A DNA stretch of 27,351 nucleotides, taken from assembly GCA_035949275.1 (NCBI GenBank), contig DASZII010000005.1, positions 1 to 27,351 on the forward strand, given 5' to 3'. The translations under genes were made by a program, and so were the position numbers. Below are positions 27,174-27,351 of this stretch, piece by piece. Numbering within the stretch: position 1 is the first letter of the stretch; each line of letters begins with the position of its first letter. The notes beneath the pieces are model-generated. The model was given only the letters and a program-made list of their open reading frames with translations. It did no database searches and was not told where the DNA came from. Origin of the DNA: Minisyncoccota bacterium. GTDB taxonomy: Bacteria > Patescibacteriota > Minisyncoccia > Phycocordibacterales > UBA2100.

Positions 27174-27351
27174 ATGGCAAAAAGAGAATTGACGATCACC
27201 CGGACATTCGACGCGACGCGCGAAAAGGTTTGGCGCGCATGGACGGATCCGGAGCAGCTCAAGGGGTGGTGGGCGCCTCGCGGCTTCACCAGCCCGACCG
27301 TGAAGATCGACCCACGTGTCGGCGGCCAACTGTATATCGTGATGCTTGCGG
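27174..27351 (+). CDS. SRPBCC/AHSA1 domain protein, 5' part (not in the ORF track)
   Basis: MAKRELTITRTFDATREKVWRAWTDPEQLKGWWAPRGF...DPRVGG. This is the usual partner of this ArsR subtype. Confidence 0.88.
   Translation, partial: MAKRELTITRTFDATREKVWRAWTDPEQLKGWWAPRGFTSPTVKIDPRVGGQLYIVMLA

Overview
A GC-rich, gene-dense bacterial chromosome segment, most consistent with a Patescibacteria/CPR (Parcubacteria-like) genome. This is an inference from the secE-nusG-rplK cluster without rplA, a two-subunit ATP-citrate lyase and the scarcity of Shine-Dalgarno sites. The first ~22 kb is almost all minus strand: metG (partial), an AI-2E transporter, glyS, a large membrane-anchored surface protein, a GNAT-aclB-aclA operon, recO, ileS, a PIF1-like helicase, an M48 peptidase, argS, tmk, rplK, nusG, secE, a DMT transporter and a SIMPL protein. 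From 21 to 26.8 kb there is a membrane/lipid cluster (DUF2127, sphingomyelin-synthase-like PAP2, two DedA, two GT2, unknown membrane proteins) interrupted by a transposase remnant. An ArsR-SRPBCC pair ends the window. Most interesting signals: (1) short GC-rich palindromic elements apparently inserted in frame in three unrelated housekeeping genes (helicase, aclB, glyS); (2) a GNA1-like acetyltransferase joined to ATP-citrate lyase; (3) a ~290-nt highly foldable intergenic element upstream of ileS with partial group-I-intron-core-like motifs but no host exon; (4) pervasive TANNNT boxes 6-7 nt before start codons (leaderless architecture), including a 21-bp bidirectional promoter; (5) a non-canonical HHGS HIGH motif in IleRS. 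No rRNA, tRNA or CRISPR array was recognised. All family calls come from motif recognition by eye; no database search was run.
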